Counted from the stretch's first letter, positions 37,082 to 48,018 are shown. The stretch is 64,000 bases of DNA from a virus (IMGVR_UViG_3300037067_021615:1-64000), one strand, 5' to 3'. Numbers and translations: made by a program. The notes: a model not told the origin generated them from the sequence alone.

Positions 37082-38845
37082 ATGAATAAGGACAAAAAAA
37101 ATCCATATATTTTAAGAAGAAATTTTAATTTTTTTAATGAAGAAATTTCGCCAGAAGACATAGATGTTCAAGTAAATGAACAAAGAGATACATTAAATAG
37201 TCAAATATGGATACTTGAATCTAATGACTCTTCTAGTAAATTAAAAAAAGAAGTTAGGGTCGCAATATTAAAAATAGCAAAAGCTTTTAAAGATTATTTA
37301 AAATTAAATGTTTCTCTAAAAGATGTTATTTTAACTGGAAGCCTAGCTAATTACAATTGGACTTTAATGAGTGATATAGATATACATTTAATTCTTAATT
37401 TATCATCTCTGGGAGAATCAGAAGAATTTATAGAAGAATACATTGCTGCAAAAAAAAACATATGGAATGATAATCATAGTATTAAAATAAAAAATTTTGA
37501 AGTTGAATTATTTGCCAAGGATGAAGAAACACAACTATCATCAAAAGGTATTTATAGCGTTATCAAAGACGCTTGGATTCAGAAACCAGAAAAATATACA
37601 AAAAATATTGATGAAATTGCTATAAAAGAAAAAGCAGCTACCATTATGAATGACATCGATAATTTGGAGAAAATAAAAAACGATGAAGAAGTTATAAAAA
37701 AAGCTGAAAAAATAAAAGAAAAAATAAAAAAATTAAGACTTTCTGGGTTAGAAAATGGGGGAGAATATTCAGTTGAAAACTTAGCTTTTAAAGTTATTAG
37801 GAAATTTGGATATTTAGAAAAACTTTCTAATATTAAGATTAAATCTATAGACTCCTCTCTAACATTAACAGAAAAAAACCTAAATGAAGGTTTTGGGGAA
37901 AGAAGACTTATTCTAAAAGAAGGAAAAGATGGAGTTGAAAAAGAGTTTGGATGTTTAATGCTTAATTTAAATATTAAAAATTGGAATGAAGTAATTAATA
38001 AAATAAGAAAAGAAGACGTTTACGATGTACCTGGATATGGAATAGAAAATACTCCACATGTTACTGTATTATATGGATTTATACATAAAAAAACAAATCC
38101 GCAAGATGTTATAGATGTAACTAATAATGTTCTTGGTAATAAGGGAAAAATTAAAATTAAATTAAATAAAATATCTTATTTTGAAAACGAAGATTTTGAT
38201 GTTCTGAAATTTGATGTGGAGTCTCCAGACCTTAAAAAATTAAATAAAATTTTAAGAGAGAGATTTCCATATAAATCTAACTATCCAGAGTACCATCCAC
38301 ACATGACAATCGCATATTTAAAACCAGGTACAGTAAAAAAATATGCAAAAGATTTGAAAAAACATATTGTTTTTGAAAGTGATTATTTTTGCTATTCATA
38401 TCCATTAAATAGCACAACTTGTTTTAATTTATTTAAAAAAGAAAACACATTAGGCGTTGAAAAGGATATCGAAGGGTTAACTCCAAAAAGAGTTGAGATT
38501 ATAAAAAAATTTATCAATTTTGTTTGTAATAGATTAGAATTGGAGGAACCAGTTTCAATTTTTTTACACAAAGGGAGAGACGAATATATTATAACTACTG
38601 CATCATATATGCCAAGTGAAAATTCAAACCACATTAGATGTACAGGAAGAGCTTTAGTTGATATACTCAGAAGTATTGCCCATGAACTAACACACAATAG
38701 ACAAAGAGAAATTAAAAGTTTTGACCTTGGAGAAAATGTTCCAACAATTGGAGGGTGGATAGAAGATGAAGCAAATGCAAAAGCTGGAATATTAATTAAA
38801 GATTTTGCTATGAATCTCGGTTTTGATGAAATTTATGAATTATAA
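37082..38845 (+). CDS. tri-domain protein: Pol-beta-type nucleotidyltransferase, 2H phosphoesterase and HExxH domain
   Basis: TGSLANY..SDIDIH..VELF; PHVTV and PHMTI; AHELTH..Q...EDEANA. Confidence 0.8.
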   Translation: MNKDKKNPYILRRNFNFFNEEISPEDIDVQVNEQRDTLNSQIWILESNDSSSKLKKEVRVAILKIAKAFKDYLKLNVSLKDVILTGSLANYNWTLMSDIDIHLILNLSSLGESEEFIEEYIAAKKNIWNDNHSIKIKNFEVELFAKDEETQLSSKGIYSVIKDAWIQKPEKYTKNIDEIAIKEKAATIMNDIDNLEKIKNDEEVIKKAEKIKEKIKKLRLSGLENGGEYSVENLAFKVIRKFGYLEKLSNIKIKSIDSSLTLTEKNLNEGFGERRLILKEGKDGVEKEFGCLMLNLNIKNWNEVINKIRKEDVYDVPGYGIENTPHVTVLYGFIHKKTNPQDVIDVTNNVLGNKGKIKIKLNKISYFENEDFDVLKFDVESPDLKKLNKILRERFPYKSNYPEYHPHMTIAYLKPGTVKKYAKDLKKHIVFESDYFCYSYPLNSTTCFNLFKKENTLGVEKDIEGLTPKRVEIIKKFINFVCNRLELEEPVSIFLHKGRDEYIITTASYMPSENSNHIRCTGRALVDILRSIAHELTHNRQREIKSFDLGENVPTIGGWIEDEANAKAGILIKDFAMNLGFDEIYEL

Positions 38846-38848
38846 ATT

Positions 38849-39340
38849 ATGATAAAAAGATTTTTAATATTAATAATATTTGTATCAATTTGTATAATAA
38901 GTACTGCACAAAATATATCACAAAATGATTATAAAAATATTGTGGAGAATAAATATGAGAATCAAATTATTACTCTGGTTGATAAAACTGGATTTGTTTA
39001 CGAATGGGGAATATGCGGAACGGTATGTTATGGATGTGCATCACATTATACAAAAATAATGAGAACAAAATATGCAGCAAATGGATTATATGCTTATTAT
39101 ATTTTCTTCTATAGTAATAGCTATAATGGATATGGTTATTTAACTGGAACATATCTCAAGGGGATTAATGTATATAAAATAAATTCTGATGGACAAGATG
39201 AAAGTATAATGTATATTGATTATTTTTTAATTAATCCAAAAACTTTATATTTTGATGGAACTAATTTGGGTGCTATTTTTTATTCTAAACTTCCAAATGA
39301 AATTATAAAAATTACTTGGCAAAATGCATTAGTTTATTAA
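38849..39340 (+). CDS. secreted protein (signal peptide)
   Basis: MIKRFLILIIFVSICIISTA-Q. Confidence 0.65.
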   Translation: MIKRFLILIIFVSICIISTAQNISQNDYKNIVENKYENQIITLVDKTGFVYEWGICGTVCYGCASHYTKIMRTKYAANGLYAYYIFFYSNSYNGYGYLTGTYLKGINVYKINSDGQDESIMYIDYFLINPKTLYFDGTNLGAIFYSKLPNEIIKITWQNALVY

Positions 39341-39370
39341 TTTTTTAAATATTTATATAAAAGAATTTTA

Positions 39371-39754
39371 ATGATGGCAGATATTGAAGCTAAAATTGGT
39401 GAAAAAACAATAGGTGAAAATACCAAAGTAACTCTTACAGTAAGAGTGGTAATGTGGATAATTGTTGGTTTAATATCTATATTTTCTACTGCTTTTACAT
39501 TTGCTTATCTTGATGTTAAACGTGATGTAAAAAACTACAAGACACAAATGGAACAAGATAAAAGTGATTTTATCAAAGCTGTTGAAGCTAAATTGGATGA
39601 AAAACTAGGAAGCTTCCAAGCCAAAGATGAAGCTTTTATAAAAGAAATAGGCGATATAAAAGGAGATATTAAAGTAATTTTAGACAGAACATCTGGAATA
39701 AGGTCATCAGATAATACAATCAATAAATCAAATACTCCTCCAGGAGCAAAATAA
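39371..39754 (+). CDS. single-TM coiled-coil protein (possible holin/lysis accessory)
   Basis: One TM helix followed by a coiled coil; late motif upstream. Confidence 0.5.
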   Translation: MMADIEAKIGEKTIGENTKVTLTVRVVMWIIVGLISIFSTAFTFAYLDVKRDVKNYKTQMEQDKSDFIKAVEAKLDEKLGSFQAKDEAFIKEIGDIKGDIKVILDRTSGIRSSDNTINKSNTPPGAK

Positions 39755-39780
39755 AAAAGTCAGACAAGTCTGACTTTTTT
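39753..39780. terminator. bidirectional intrinsic terminator
   Basis: AAAAAAGTCAGAC-AA-GTCTGACTTTTT. Confidence 0.85.
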
Positions 39781-39783
39781 ATT

Positions 39784-40218
39784 TTAATATGGGCAACTTG
39801 AGGAATCCATTGCCTTTTTTGCAATATCCTTTACAATGTTTTTATCGATAGTTTGAGCTTCTTTTATGATTGCTTCTAATTCTGCCTCATAATCCATTGA
39901 CCTAAAGTTTGTCAAATCTTTTATCATTTCATCGGTAACAATTAGTAACATTATAAACCATCTTAATTTATTTGTTTGTGTTCCTTCACATATAAGGTCT
40001 TTACATTCATAATTGGGGTCGCAATCTTTAAATAATTTTCCAATAGCAGTTTCACCAAAAGGAAGTTGTTTGTGTTCCCATAAATAATCTGTATATACAC
40101 GTGACCTGTCACTTACCACTTTCCGTCCTTTTTTTTCAATTCTTTTATATGCAGCTTTTCTTCGAACTTCTAAGTGACGTTCTGCGGCCTCTTTGGTATT
40201 AAAATATCTTCTTTTCAT
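39784..40218 (-). CDS. hypothetical protein
   Basis: ORF track. Confidence 0.6.
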   Translation of the reverse strand: MKRRYFNTKEAAERHLEVRRKAAYKRIEKKGRKVVSDRSRVYTDYLWEHKQLPFGETAIGKLFKDCDPNYECKDLICEGTQTNKLRWFIMLLIVTDEMIKDLTNFRSMDYEAELEAIIKEAQTIDKNIVKDIAKKAMDSSSCPY

Positions 40219-40228
40219 TTTAAGTTAT

Positions 40229-41434
40229 TTAAACTGCCACTGGGGCTTTTATTGCTGACAATGGATTATAATCAATTATTTTAATGTCGTCAATTCTAAA
40301 ATCAAAGATATTTGTTATTTCTGGGTTTAATTTTAATTTTGGAAGTGGAGGACCATAATAATTCCCAATGCTTCTATCTATTTCTTCTTTGGATAAAGAA
40401 TAAAAATCTATAATCTCAGAATTTAACTCTCTTGTTCTATTTAACAATTCATTCACTTGGTTTTTATGATTAAGATATAAATGCAAATCTCCAAAGGTAT
40501 GAACAAATTTATATGGTATCATATTTACTACTTGAGCAACCATATCCAGTAGCATAGCAAAAGACGCTATGTTAAAAGGAACTCCGAGAAAGGTATCTGC
40601 GCTTCTTTGATACAACTGTAAAGAAAGTCTAAATCTTGGAATTTTAAATGTTTCGCTACTTAATAGTTCTTGAATTTGTTCTTCGGTTCTTCCAGTTCCT
40701 ACGACCCCTAATTCTAAAATATCATGGCCATCTTTAATAAAAATATTCATTCTTTCTTCGAAAGTGAGAGGTTCTGTAATAAATTGAAACAATGTGTGAC
40801 ATGGTCTAAGCGCCATTTCATTTAATTCATTAACTTGCCAGGCAGAAACGATGATACCTCTGTCATCTGGTCTGTTTTTTAATGTATCAATTACAACTTG
40901 AATCTGGTTTATGCCTTCTATAATTCCATTATTCCATGGATTTGCTGGAATTTCTGTTTTGCCGCAATTTATCCACTGCTTACCATAAACAGGGCCTAAA
41001 TCTCCATAATCCAATGCAAATTTTTCATCAATTTTAATTCTTTCTATAAATTCTTCTTGAGACATTATTCGAAAACTTTCGCTAGAAATATCTATAATGT
41101 GTAATTGGTCTACTGGCCTTAAAAGATTAGAACAAATTTTTTTATATTTAGCATAAGCCCATTCGTCCCAAATATGAACATTATTATCAACTAAATACTT
41201 AATATTCGTATTCCCAAATATTTTATATTTTTCTGGCATTGCATTTAAAAACCAGAGCAATTCGTGTATAACTCCATTTGTATATGTTTTTTTAAGAGTC
41301 AATAAAGGAAATCCATCTTTCATATAATAAACAGATTGATGCCCAAAAATTGATATAGTTCCTGTTCCAGTACGGTCTGTTTTAGTGCGTCCTTCTTTAA
41401 GGATGGCTGTAATTAAATCTATGTATTGTTTCAT
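40229..41434 (-). CDS. thyA: thymidylate synthase (with insertions)
   Basis: DRTGTGT, ELLWF, GPVYGKQW, MALRPCH, QRSAD.FLGVPFN, HLYLNH. Confidence 0.97.
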   Translation of the reverse strand: MKQYIDLITAILKEGRTKTDRTGTGTISIFGHQSVYYMKDGFPLLTLKKTYTNGVIHELLWFLNAMPEKYKIFGNTNIKYLVDNNVHIWDEWAYAKYKKICSNLLRPVDQLHIIDISSESFRIMSQEEFIERIKIDEKFALDYGDLGPVYGKQWINCGKTEIPANPWNNGIIEGINQIQVVIDTLKNRPDDRGIIVSAWQVNELNEMALRPCHTLFQFITEPLTFEERMNIFIKDGHDILELGVVGTGRTEEQIQELLSSETFKIPRFRLSLQLYQRSADTFLGVPFNIASFAMLLDMVAQVVNMIPYKFVHTFGDLHLYLNHKNQVNELLNRTRELNSEIIDFYSLSKEEIDRSIGNYYGPPLPKLKLNPEITNIFDFRIDDIKIIDYNPLSAIKAPVAV

Positions 41435-41439
41435 ATAAA

Positions 41440-41883
41440 TTATTTTATTTTTGTACTACCAAACCCGTTTTCTCCACGAACTGTATCAGAAATAACAAGT
41501 ACACTATCTAATTTTACTTGTTCTACTTTTGTTATAACCATTTGAGCAATTCTATCACCTTGATTTACTGCAAAATCCTTATCTGAAAGATTGATAAGAA
41601 TAACTCCAATATTTCCTCGGTAGTCAGCATCAATGGTACCAGGAGTGTTAAGAACAGTTATTCCATGTTTTAATGCCAATCCACTTCTAGGCCTAATTTG
41701 AGCTTCAAATCCTACAGGGAGTTCAATAAATAAATCTGTCTTAATTAGAACTCTTTCAAATGGTTTAATCCATATTGTTTGTTCATTTTCAATACTTGCT
41801 TTTAAATCCATTCCAGCAGATAGCGTTGTTGCATATTCAGGTAGGGAATTTTTTGATTTGTTTACGATTCTTACTATTGTCAT
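41440..41883 (-). CDS. dut: dUTPase (trimeric)
   Basis: [36 protein letters not shown]. Confidence 0.97.
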   Translation of the reverse strand: MTIVRIVNKSKNSLPEYATTLSAGMDLKASIENEQTIWIKPFERVLIKTDLFIELPVGFEAQIRPRSGLALKHGITVLNTPGTIDADYRGNIGVILINLSDKDFAVNQGDRIAQMVITKVEQVKLDSVLVISDTVRGENGFGSTKIK

Positions 41884-41930
41884 ATTTTCAATTTTGCAGC
41901 AAATATATAAAAAAATAACAATTATTCAAA

Positions 41931-43028
41931 TTAATTTATGTGAAAAGTTTTAATAAATTGATAATATGGCATAAAATCCTTAGAGATGTCTTTTAATTTT
42001 ACAATTTTGTCATTTACATAAGTAATATCCATTTTTACTCTAGCAGCTTTTTCAAATTCATCATTTTCAGCAAACTCAAGCATTTTTGAAGTTAAAATCT
42101 CTTTTGTTTTGTTAAATACCTCTGGTAAATGTTTTATCCCATATTTTAATCTGAATAATGATTCATAGTCTTCTCTTATCTGTTTTGACATAATAATCAT
42201 TTGGTCAAAATTAAATGAACTATCTATTTCAATAGTAATTCTATTCTCCAAAGGAAAATTATTTTTTACTTCCATTAAATAATATACAAACAATTTATCA
42301 AGTAATATATTTTTCTCTTTTATTTTCAAATTAAAAGACCCACTAAAATCCATTGGGAGTTTTTTTAATATATTTTTGTTTGTTTGACAACTTTTTAAAA
42401 TTATTTTATTTGGGTTGTACACATTATTAATTCTGATGAATTCACATTTAAATGGTAGCAAATAATTTCTTAATTCATTGTTTGCCTTGGACATAAAATC
42501 TCCATTAAGGTTAAGATAACATTTATTTCCTGAAAATTTGCATTCTATAAATAAATAAAAATATAATGTCAATCTTTCCCCAATTTCTGGTATTTTATAA
42601 ACATTTGGTTTTATAAATGAATCTATAGTTTTTGGTTTTAAAACATTTTGCAAACTTGTTTCATCCTCTGCTAATTTTTTTATAATTTGTTTTGCTTCTT
42701 TTAAATTAAATAATTCAAATTCATCTTTTATTGTTTTTTCTAATTCTAAACTATAGTTCATTCCCTTTTCCTCTAAAATCTTTTTAATTTCTTCAGTTGC
42801 AATATTTGGAAACTCTGGGTCTTGAGAAAATTCAAATGTTAATATATCAGATTCTATATAGCCTATGTTTTGAATGGCATAAATAGCCTTTTCATAGTCA
42901 TCTTCATCGATAACTGTTTCATCCAAATATTGTCTTCCCTTCCTAGTCACAAAAATGATAGGTTTTTTGTTTTTGTCCAAGGGGTTTTCAATTATACAAA
43001 AATCTAAGTTTATATAGTTCATTACCAC
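41931..43028 (-). CDS. hypothetical protein with C-terminal UvrB/C-like motif
   Basis: AENDEFEKAARVK. Confidence 0.6.
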   Translation of the reverse strand: MVMNYINLDFCIIENPLDKNKKPIIFVTRKGRQYLDETVIDEDDYEKAIYAIQNIGYIESDILTFEFSQDPEFPNIATEEIKKILEEKGMNYSLELEKTIKDEFELFNLKEAKQIIKKLAEDETSLQNVLKPKTIDSFIKPNVYKIPEIGERLTLYFYLFIECKFSGNKCYLNLNGDFMSKANNELRNYLLPFKCEFIRINNVYNPNKIILKSCQTNKNILKKLPMDFSGSFNLKIKEKNILLDKLFVYYLMEVKNNFPLENRITIEIDSSFNFDQMIIMSKQIREDYESLFRLKYGIKHLPEVFNKTKEILTSKMLEFAENDEFEKAARVKMDITYVNDKIVKLKDISKDFMPYYQFIKTFHIN

Positions 43029-43139
43029 TGGTTTTGTTTTAATAAATATTATTTAATTTTTAGTCTTTTAGAAAATATATAAAAAACAACTTTTAAAAAA
43101 AATAGTTTTTGTTAATATTTATATAAAAGAAAAAAATAT

Positions 43140-43397
43140 ATGGAACTTGATGAAAAAGAATTAAGAAAACAAATTAGAGAAATACTGTTGAATTCTGATG
43201 AATTAATGGATGGTGCTCTAAAACAAAAAAAAGGAATCTCTGAATTAAAAAAAGATTGCTATACTAAACTTGTAGATTTAAAAAATGAATTTGAAGCTGA
43301 CAAAGGAAATCCAAATAAAGAAGAAACAATTAAGAAAATTGATAGTCTTATAGCAGCATTAAATCAAATTAAATCATTTTTAGGTAAGCAATTATAA
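43140..43397 (+). CDS. small late-class protein
   Basis: ELRKQIREIL leader. Confidence 0.6.
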   Translation: MELDEKELRKQIREILLNSDELMDGALKQKKGISELKKDCYTKLVDLKNEFEADKGNPNKEETIKKIDSLIAALNQIKSFLGKQL

Positions 43398-44287
43398 TTA
43401 GTTTTATATATTATTAAATGTGGGTGAATTTCTATGATTCTTTTCCAATTAGTTTCATTTAATTTATAATAGCAGCATAAATCTATATATTCAGATGGGC
43501 TGTTTATTATCAACTTTTCCCATCCAAGAGCAGAAAGTTCTTCTTTATATTTTCTATCTTTAATTAAGAAGTTAAAATCTTGATTTTTAAATAAGCAAAT
43601 AAGTTCAACGCTATTATAAATATCACTTTGTTTAAATTTATTTAAATCGCAATGATTTATTAACTCTGGTCTAATTTTTAGTATTTCTATCCATTTTCTT
43701 GCTGTGAGCTGTTTTAAATCTAAAATATTAAGAAACACATTTCCAGTATTAATAATTATATCACATATATGATAATCTTTTAATTTTTTTAAATCAAAAT
43801 TTCTTATCATATCTTCTGAAAAATTATTATATTCTATTATTTCATAAATTTCTTTGGATGTAAAATTGTATTTTTTAATATCTACTTTTTTTGAGATTTC
43901 ATCAGCTCCAATAGTGAGTAAGCAAAAGGCGTCTTCGTGACCTATGTTATTCAAATCAATATTAATTTTATCAATTAAATATGGACGAATTTTAAGCATG
44001 TTTTTTATTTCTTTTACAGCATAATTATATTTTGACAAATCCACAAAGTCTGCTATTTTTGCATTTCTAGCTACTACCCTTACAATTTTCATTCTGTCAA
44101 TTTTATTCCATGGAATCATTTTGTGTAATTCCTCATTATCAGCAATTGACCTATCTGGTATTTTATTATAATCAGCGTATTGACATATATGATATAATTC
44201 ATCTTTGCTAAGTTCATGCCATTCATCCGATATAATTTTTGAAAGAAAAGCTTGTATAATAATATTTGTTTTTTCGTTTATATTCAT
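43364..44287 (-). CDS. hypothetical helical-repeat protein
   Basis: Recurrent W..I....P units. Confidence 0.65.
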   Translation of the reverse strand: MNINEKTNIIIQAFLSKIISDEWHELSKDELYHICQYADYNKIPDRSIADNEELHKMIPWNKIDRMKIVRVVARNAKIADFVDLSKYNYAVKEIKNMLKIRPYLIDKINIDLNNIGHEDAFCLLTIGADEISKKVDIKKYNFTSKEIYEIIEYNNFSEDMIRNFDLKKLKDYHICDIIINTGNVFLNILDLKQLTARKWIEILKIRPELINHCDLNKFKQSDIYNSVELICLFKNQDFNFLIKDRKYKEELSALGWEKLIINSPSEYIDLCCYYKLNETNWKRIIEIHPHLIIYKTNYNCLPKNDLI

Positions 44288-44336
44288 TATATTTGCAATA
44301 TTATAAAATATATATTATTTAAATAAAAAAATCAAT

Positions 44337-44687
44337 ATGGAAGAAAATAAAAAAATAATAGCAATTGATGTTAATAAATTAATCATCAGAACTTATAATA
44401 AGATTGCTATATGGAATAATCAAAGTGCATCAGATGAAGAAAAATCAATGATGTTAAAAGCATTATCACATGATATTGTATCAGATATTATAACTACAGC
44501 ATTTAGTAATTTAGAAGGAACGAAAGTAAGAGAAGAAATTATTCCAGAACAGCCAAAGAAATTAGTTGTACCTGAAGAAAATAAAGATGCAGTTGTTATA
44601 AAAAATGATAAAAATACTGCTTCCAAAGCAATAAAGCCAAAGGGAATACTTTATAAACTATTTAATGCAAAACAAAGTGATGATTAA
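44337..44687 (+). CDS. hypothetical protein
   Basis: ORF track. Confidence 0.6.
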   Translation: MEENKKIIAIDVNKLIIRTYNKIAIWNNQSASDEEKSMMLKALSHDIVSDIITTAFSNLEGTKVREEIIPEQPKKLVVPEENKDAVVIKNDKNTASKAIKPKGILYKLFNAKQSDD

Positions 44688-44694
44688 ATATTCC

Positions 44695-45267
44695 TTATTT
44701 TTTAAGATTTGTATCTTTATTTTGCATTTTGTATAAGTCAATTTCCTCTTCTGTTGTTTTTTCTCCCAAGCCGTCATTACTAAATTTAATGATATCAAAT
44801 TTATTTGGGTCCATTTCTTCTTTTAAAAGAGTTTTTCTGTTTTTTTCTTGATATAATGGGTTTTTTAATTGCTTTTTTTGCTCATTTTCTAACAATCCAC
44901 AAAGCTCCTTGTATCTTTTAGAAACATTTTCCATAGTGTTTTTTTTACTTTCTTCCATGCTTTCTTTATTTTCTTCTTCTTTTTTAGATTCTTCGGTTTT
45001 AACAGATTCTGCTTCTTTCTCCATTTTTTTAAGTCTTGTATAATAGTCTGGTAATTCATCCATATGTGTTAGAACTATTTTAAAAGTTTGCATTGGGTCA
45101 TCATTAGTAATATCTGTTTCTGGGCTTTTACTTCCATGTTCTAATTCTACTAACATTCCTTGAATCATTTCATTTATATCATATTTAGAAATATCCAAGT
45201 CCATTTTTTTTGCCAACAATTCAATTATTTTTTTAGTATAGCCTTTTGCCTTTTCATTCGTTTCCAT
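44695..45267 (-). CDS. DUF5661-like protein
   Basis: G..VELEH...KI...H..E.PDYYTRL..ME. Confidence 0.7.
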   Translation of the reverse strand: METNEKAKGYTKKIIELLAKKMDLDISKYDINEMIQGMLVELEHGSKSPETDITNDDPMQTFKIVLTHMDELPDYYTRLKKMEKEAESVKTEESKKEEENKESMEESKKNTMENVSKRYKELCGLLENEQKKQLKNPLYQEKNRKTLLKEEMDPNKFDIIKFSNDGLGEKTTEEEIDLYKMQNKDTNLKK

Positions 45268-45303
45268 AACAGTTTAAATTTTTTATAAATATTAATAAAT
45301 TTA

Positions 45304-46095
45304 TCAAAATCTTAACAAAGAATATTGTATACTTATTCCCACTCCTGGTCCTATAAGATAGGTACCCTTATTAAAAGTCATTCCAAATCCAATATAAGGC
45401 CCCACAGACCACTTTTTATTTTTAGATGGTGAAACAGGCGGATTAATCATATTTGATACATCTGCGCCTTCTATTTGCCCCACAATTACATTTTCACTAT
45501 CTGGAGTAATAAAGATTTTATATAAATTATTTTCTTTTTTAATTCCAGTTGTAAATCCAAGTTTTAAACTAATATCATTTATAGTAGAAATACCAGGACT
45601 TGTTTTAACTGAATATTTATTGGTTTCTTTGTCTATAAGAGTGGCTTCTGCAAAAAACGTATTTGTTGATTTAATATGTAATGATTTATCTTTTGAATAA
45701 TAGTCATAAACTAAAGAATATTCATTACTATCAAGTTGAATGATTGCATTTTTGACGGAACCAGTATCTTTATATTCTATTTTTGTTTTCCATATAATTT
45801 TAACATCGCCTAACTCATTTTTTAATCTTTGATAAAGGTCTGGAAAGTATTTTTCAATTTCTTCAACAGACATATCTGCTATTGGTTTACTGTAAGATGT
45901 CTGCCCAGCTTTGTTTTTATATTTTGTAATAGAATCATTTAAAGCTGCTAGATTTTGCTGAGTTTTTTGTTCTTGACGTTTTAATTCGCTTTTTAATTTG
46001 TTTGTTGTATTGCATTGATTTAAAAAAAGCAAAAGAATAGCAACACTGGCAATTGCCAGTATCATTTTAATATTATCTAAAATTTTTTTCCACAT
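45304..46095 (-). CDS. membrane-anchored protein with C-terminal beta signal (spanin-like candidate)
   Basis: N-terminal TM, coiled coil, C-terminal WSVGPYIG...GISIQYSLLRF. Confidence 0.55.
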   Translation of the reverse strand: MWKKILDNIKMILAIASVAILLLFLNQCNTTNKLKSELKRQEQKTQQNLAALNDSITKYKNKAGQTSYSKPIADMSVEEIEKYFPDLYQRLKNELGDVKIIWKTKIEYKDTGSVKNAIIQLDSNEYSLVYDYYSKDKSLHIKSTNTFFAEATLIDKETNKYSVKTSPGISTINDISLKLGFTTGIKKENNLYKIFITPDSENVIVGQIEGADVSNMINPPVSPSKNKKWSVGPYIGFGMTFNKGTYLIGPGVGISIQYSLLRF

Positions 46096-46132
46096 AATTT
46101 TTTTTTTATAAATATTACAAGAAAATAATAAA

Positions 46133-46909
46133 TTAAAGAGTCTGATTTAAATTTAAGAGGTGTATAGTTTCATCATTTTTTAGTCTTGTATAACCTGTAG
46201 CAAATAGAACAAATTCAAGCATCATTTTTTTATATTCTGTAGATGGAATAGTATTTCCTTTGCCACTTTGTTGAATAATTGTGCCACTTTTAATATCTAT
46301 TTCAGTCGTTACATGTGGACAATTTTTTTCATCCCTTAAAGAAACTATTACAGACCTTTCATTTTTAACTTTTGACATATAATACTTTTGTCCAACACAC
46401 ATACTCATTTTCTTGCCTTCATATATTAAATCATTCTCTGTTAAAAGATAAATAAAATGTTTTTTATTAGAACATCTAAATAAAACCCTATTGTTATCAA
46501 CTTCTTGTATTTTGAAATCTTCTATATTGTATTTTTCGAACATTTCTTTATGCCATTGTTCTTGTTTATTAAAAGCATCTTCAAATGAATAACAAAATAT
46601 ATCTACTTTTGCTCCTATTGCCCAATCAATAATAAACCTAATTTTACTAAACTGATTTAACAAGTCAAGATTTTTTTTTATTTCTTTTGCAATCCAAACA
46701 TCATATTTATGCTTTCTTTTGGATGATTTTTCTAAATCTTTATTCTCTTTATCTCCAATAAAGCCGTATCTTTCTCCTATATTGGATATTTGTTTAATAA
46801 TTTCATTAACTTTATCTTCAGATAAATATTCTTTTTTGCCACTTTTATTCTCTGGCAAAAAAATAGATTTTATATGTAATTCTCTTTTTGTAAGATTAAA
46901 AGAATGCAT
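46133..46909 (-). CDS. PcfJ-like domain protein
   Basis: EGKKMSMCVG, SLRD, PHVTTE, Q..GKGN. Confidence 0.7.
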   Translation of the reverse strand: MHSFNLTKRELHIKSIFLPENKSGKKEYLSEDKVNEIIKQISNIGERYGFIGDKENKDLEKSSKRKHKYDVWIAKEIKKNLDLLNQFSKIRFIIDWAIGAKVDIFCYSFEDAFNKQEQWHKEMFEKYNIEDFKIQEVDNNRVLFRCSNKKHFIYLLTENDLIYEGKKMSMCVGQKYYMSKVKNERSVIVSLRDEKNCPHVTTEIDIKSGTIIQQSGKGNTIPSTEYKKMMLEFVLFATGYTRLKNDETIHLLNLNQTL

Positions 46910-47169
46910 TATATTATTAATTTAAGAATAATTTCTGTAGGGTCTTCTGTCTCTAAAACTTCATATCTTCCAATATATTCTTTGGGGTCTTCCATTCTAA
47001 GTCCATTTATTTTATGGTTTTTTTTAAATGTAAGAGTAAAATTTATTTCATTAAGAATAAGATTTTTTATTGTGTAGCATTTCATTAAAACCCTTAATTT
47101 GTGCTGAAATATTGTAATGGGTTTTTTTTCAAAATCATCTTTTTTAATTTTAAAACTTCTAGCAACCAT
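46909..47169 (-). CDS. hypothetical protein
   Basis: ORF track. Confidence 0.55.
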   Translation of the reverse strand: MVARSFKIKKDDFEKKPITIFQHKLRVLMKCYTIKNLILNEINFTLTFKKNHKINGLRMEDPKEYIGRYEVLETEDPTEIILKLII

Positions 47170-47180
47170 AAATTATTCTT

Positions 47181-47924
47181 CTATTTTTTTCTTTTAGACC
47201 CCTTTTTTGGACCTCTTTTTTTTGGTCTTCCTGGACCTTTTCTACTTTTTCGTTTCTTTTTTGGTTCTGCAGAATAATTTACTACTTCTTCTATTGCTTT
47301 GTCTAAAATAGTTTTCCCTTGTTTAGGCTCATCTATAACTTGTTTTTCTTGAGATTCAAGTAATAATGCTAAATTAGTATTAAGTGGTTGACGAAGATTA
47401 TCAAGTATTCCAGATTTTTCCCATTTTTCAATAAGTTCTTCTTGCGTTTTTTTGTCTTTTGACAAAGGAGTATTAATCTTATCAATGTCTGATTCTGTTT
47501 TAATAACTTCTCCTAGTTCTGTTTTGGCAACTTCTGGTTCTATTTTAACAACTTTTTGTTTAGAAATTTTTTGCTTTATTTTTTTTGTTTGCTTTTCTTT
47601 TTCCGTTGATGATTTATCATCGGTTAGGGAACTATGTAAATTGAGTAAAAATAACTTATTATCAATCTCTTCTTCCTTATACCCAATGTAATATTTTAAA
47701 AATTCTGGCTTATTTTCTTCTTTAATATCTATAATTCCTTTTCTAGAATATATTTTTAAAGAATTAGAAAGATGATTTGTTTGTGAATAAACTATTTCTC
47801 CTGGGCGCAAATCAATTTGAATATCATTGCTAAAAATATCTTTAAAAAAGATTCTTATTTTTTCAGTGGCATTATGTCTTTCGTTGTTTAAAAATGTTAC
47901 TTTAATGTCTTTTGTAGAACTCAT
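47181..47924 (-). CDS. protein with basic AT-hook-like C-terminus
   Basis: KGPGRPKKRGPKKGS. Confidence 0.6.
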   Translation of the reverse strand: MSSTKDIKVTFLNNERHNATEKIRIFFKDIFSNDIQIDLRPGEIVYSQTNHLSNSLKIYSRKGIIDIKEENKPEFLKYYIGYKEEEIDNKLFLLNLHSSLTDDKSSTEKEKQTKKIKQKISKQKVVKIEPEVAKTELGEVIKTESDIDKINTPLSKDKKTQEELIEKWEKSGILDNLRQPLNTNLALLLESQEKQVIDEPKQGKTILDKAIEEVVNYSAEPKKKRKSRKGPGRPKKRGPKKGSKRKK

Positions 47925-47965
47925 ATATTTTTTATTTAAATATAATAATTATAAATATTAAAATC

Positions 47966-48001
47966 AAAAAAAAATCCACCTAATTGATGGATTTTTTTTT
48001 T
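47966..48001 (-). terminator. intrinsic terminator
   Basis: AAAAAATCCA..TGGATTTTTTTT. Confidence 0.65.
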
Positions 48002-48018
48002 AATTTATTAATTTTTTA

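Noticed and set aside
37082-37870. The missing NadD of the NAD pathway
   Set aside because: Pol-beta-type GS/DxD motif, with no HxGH motif
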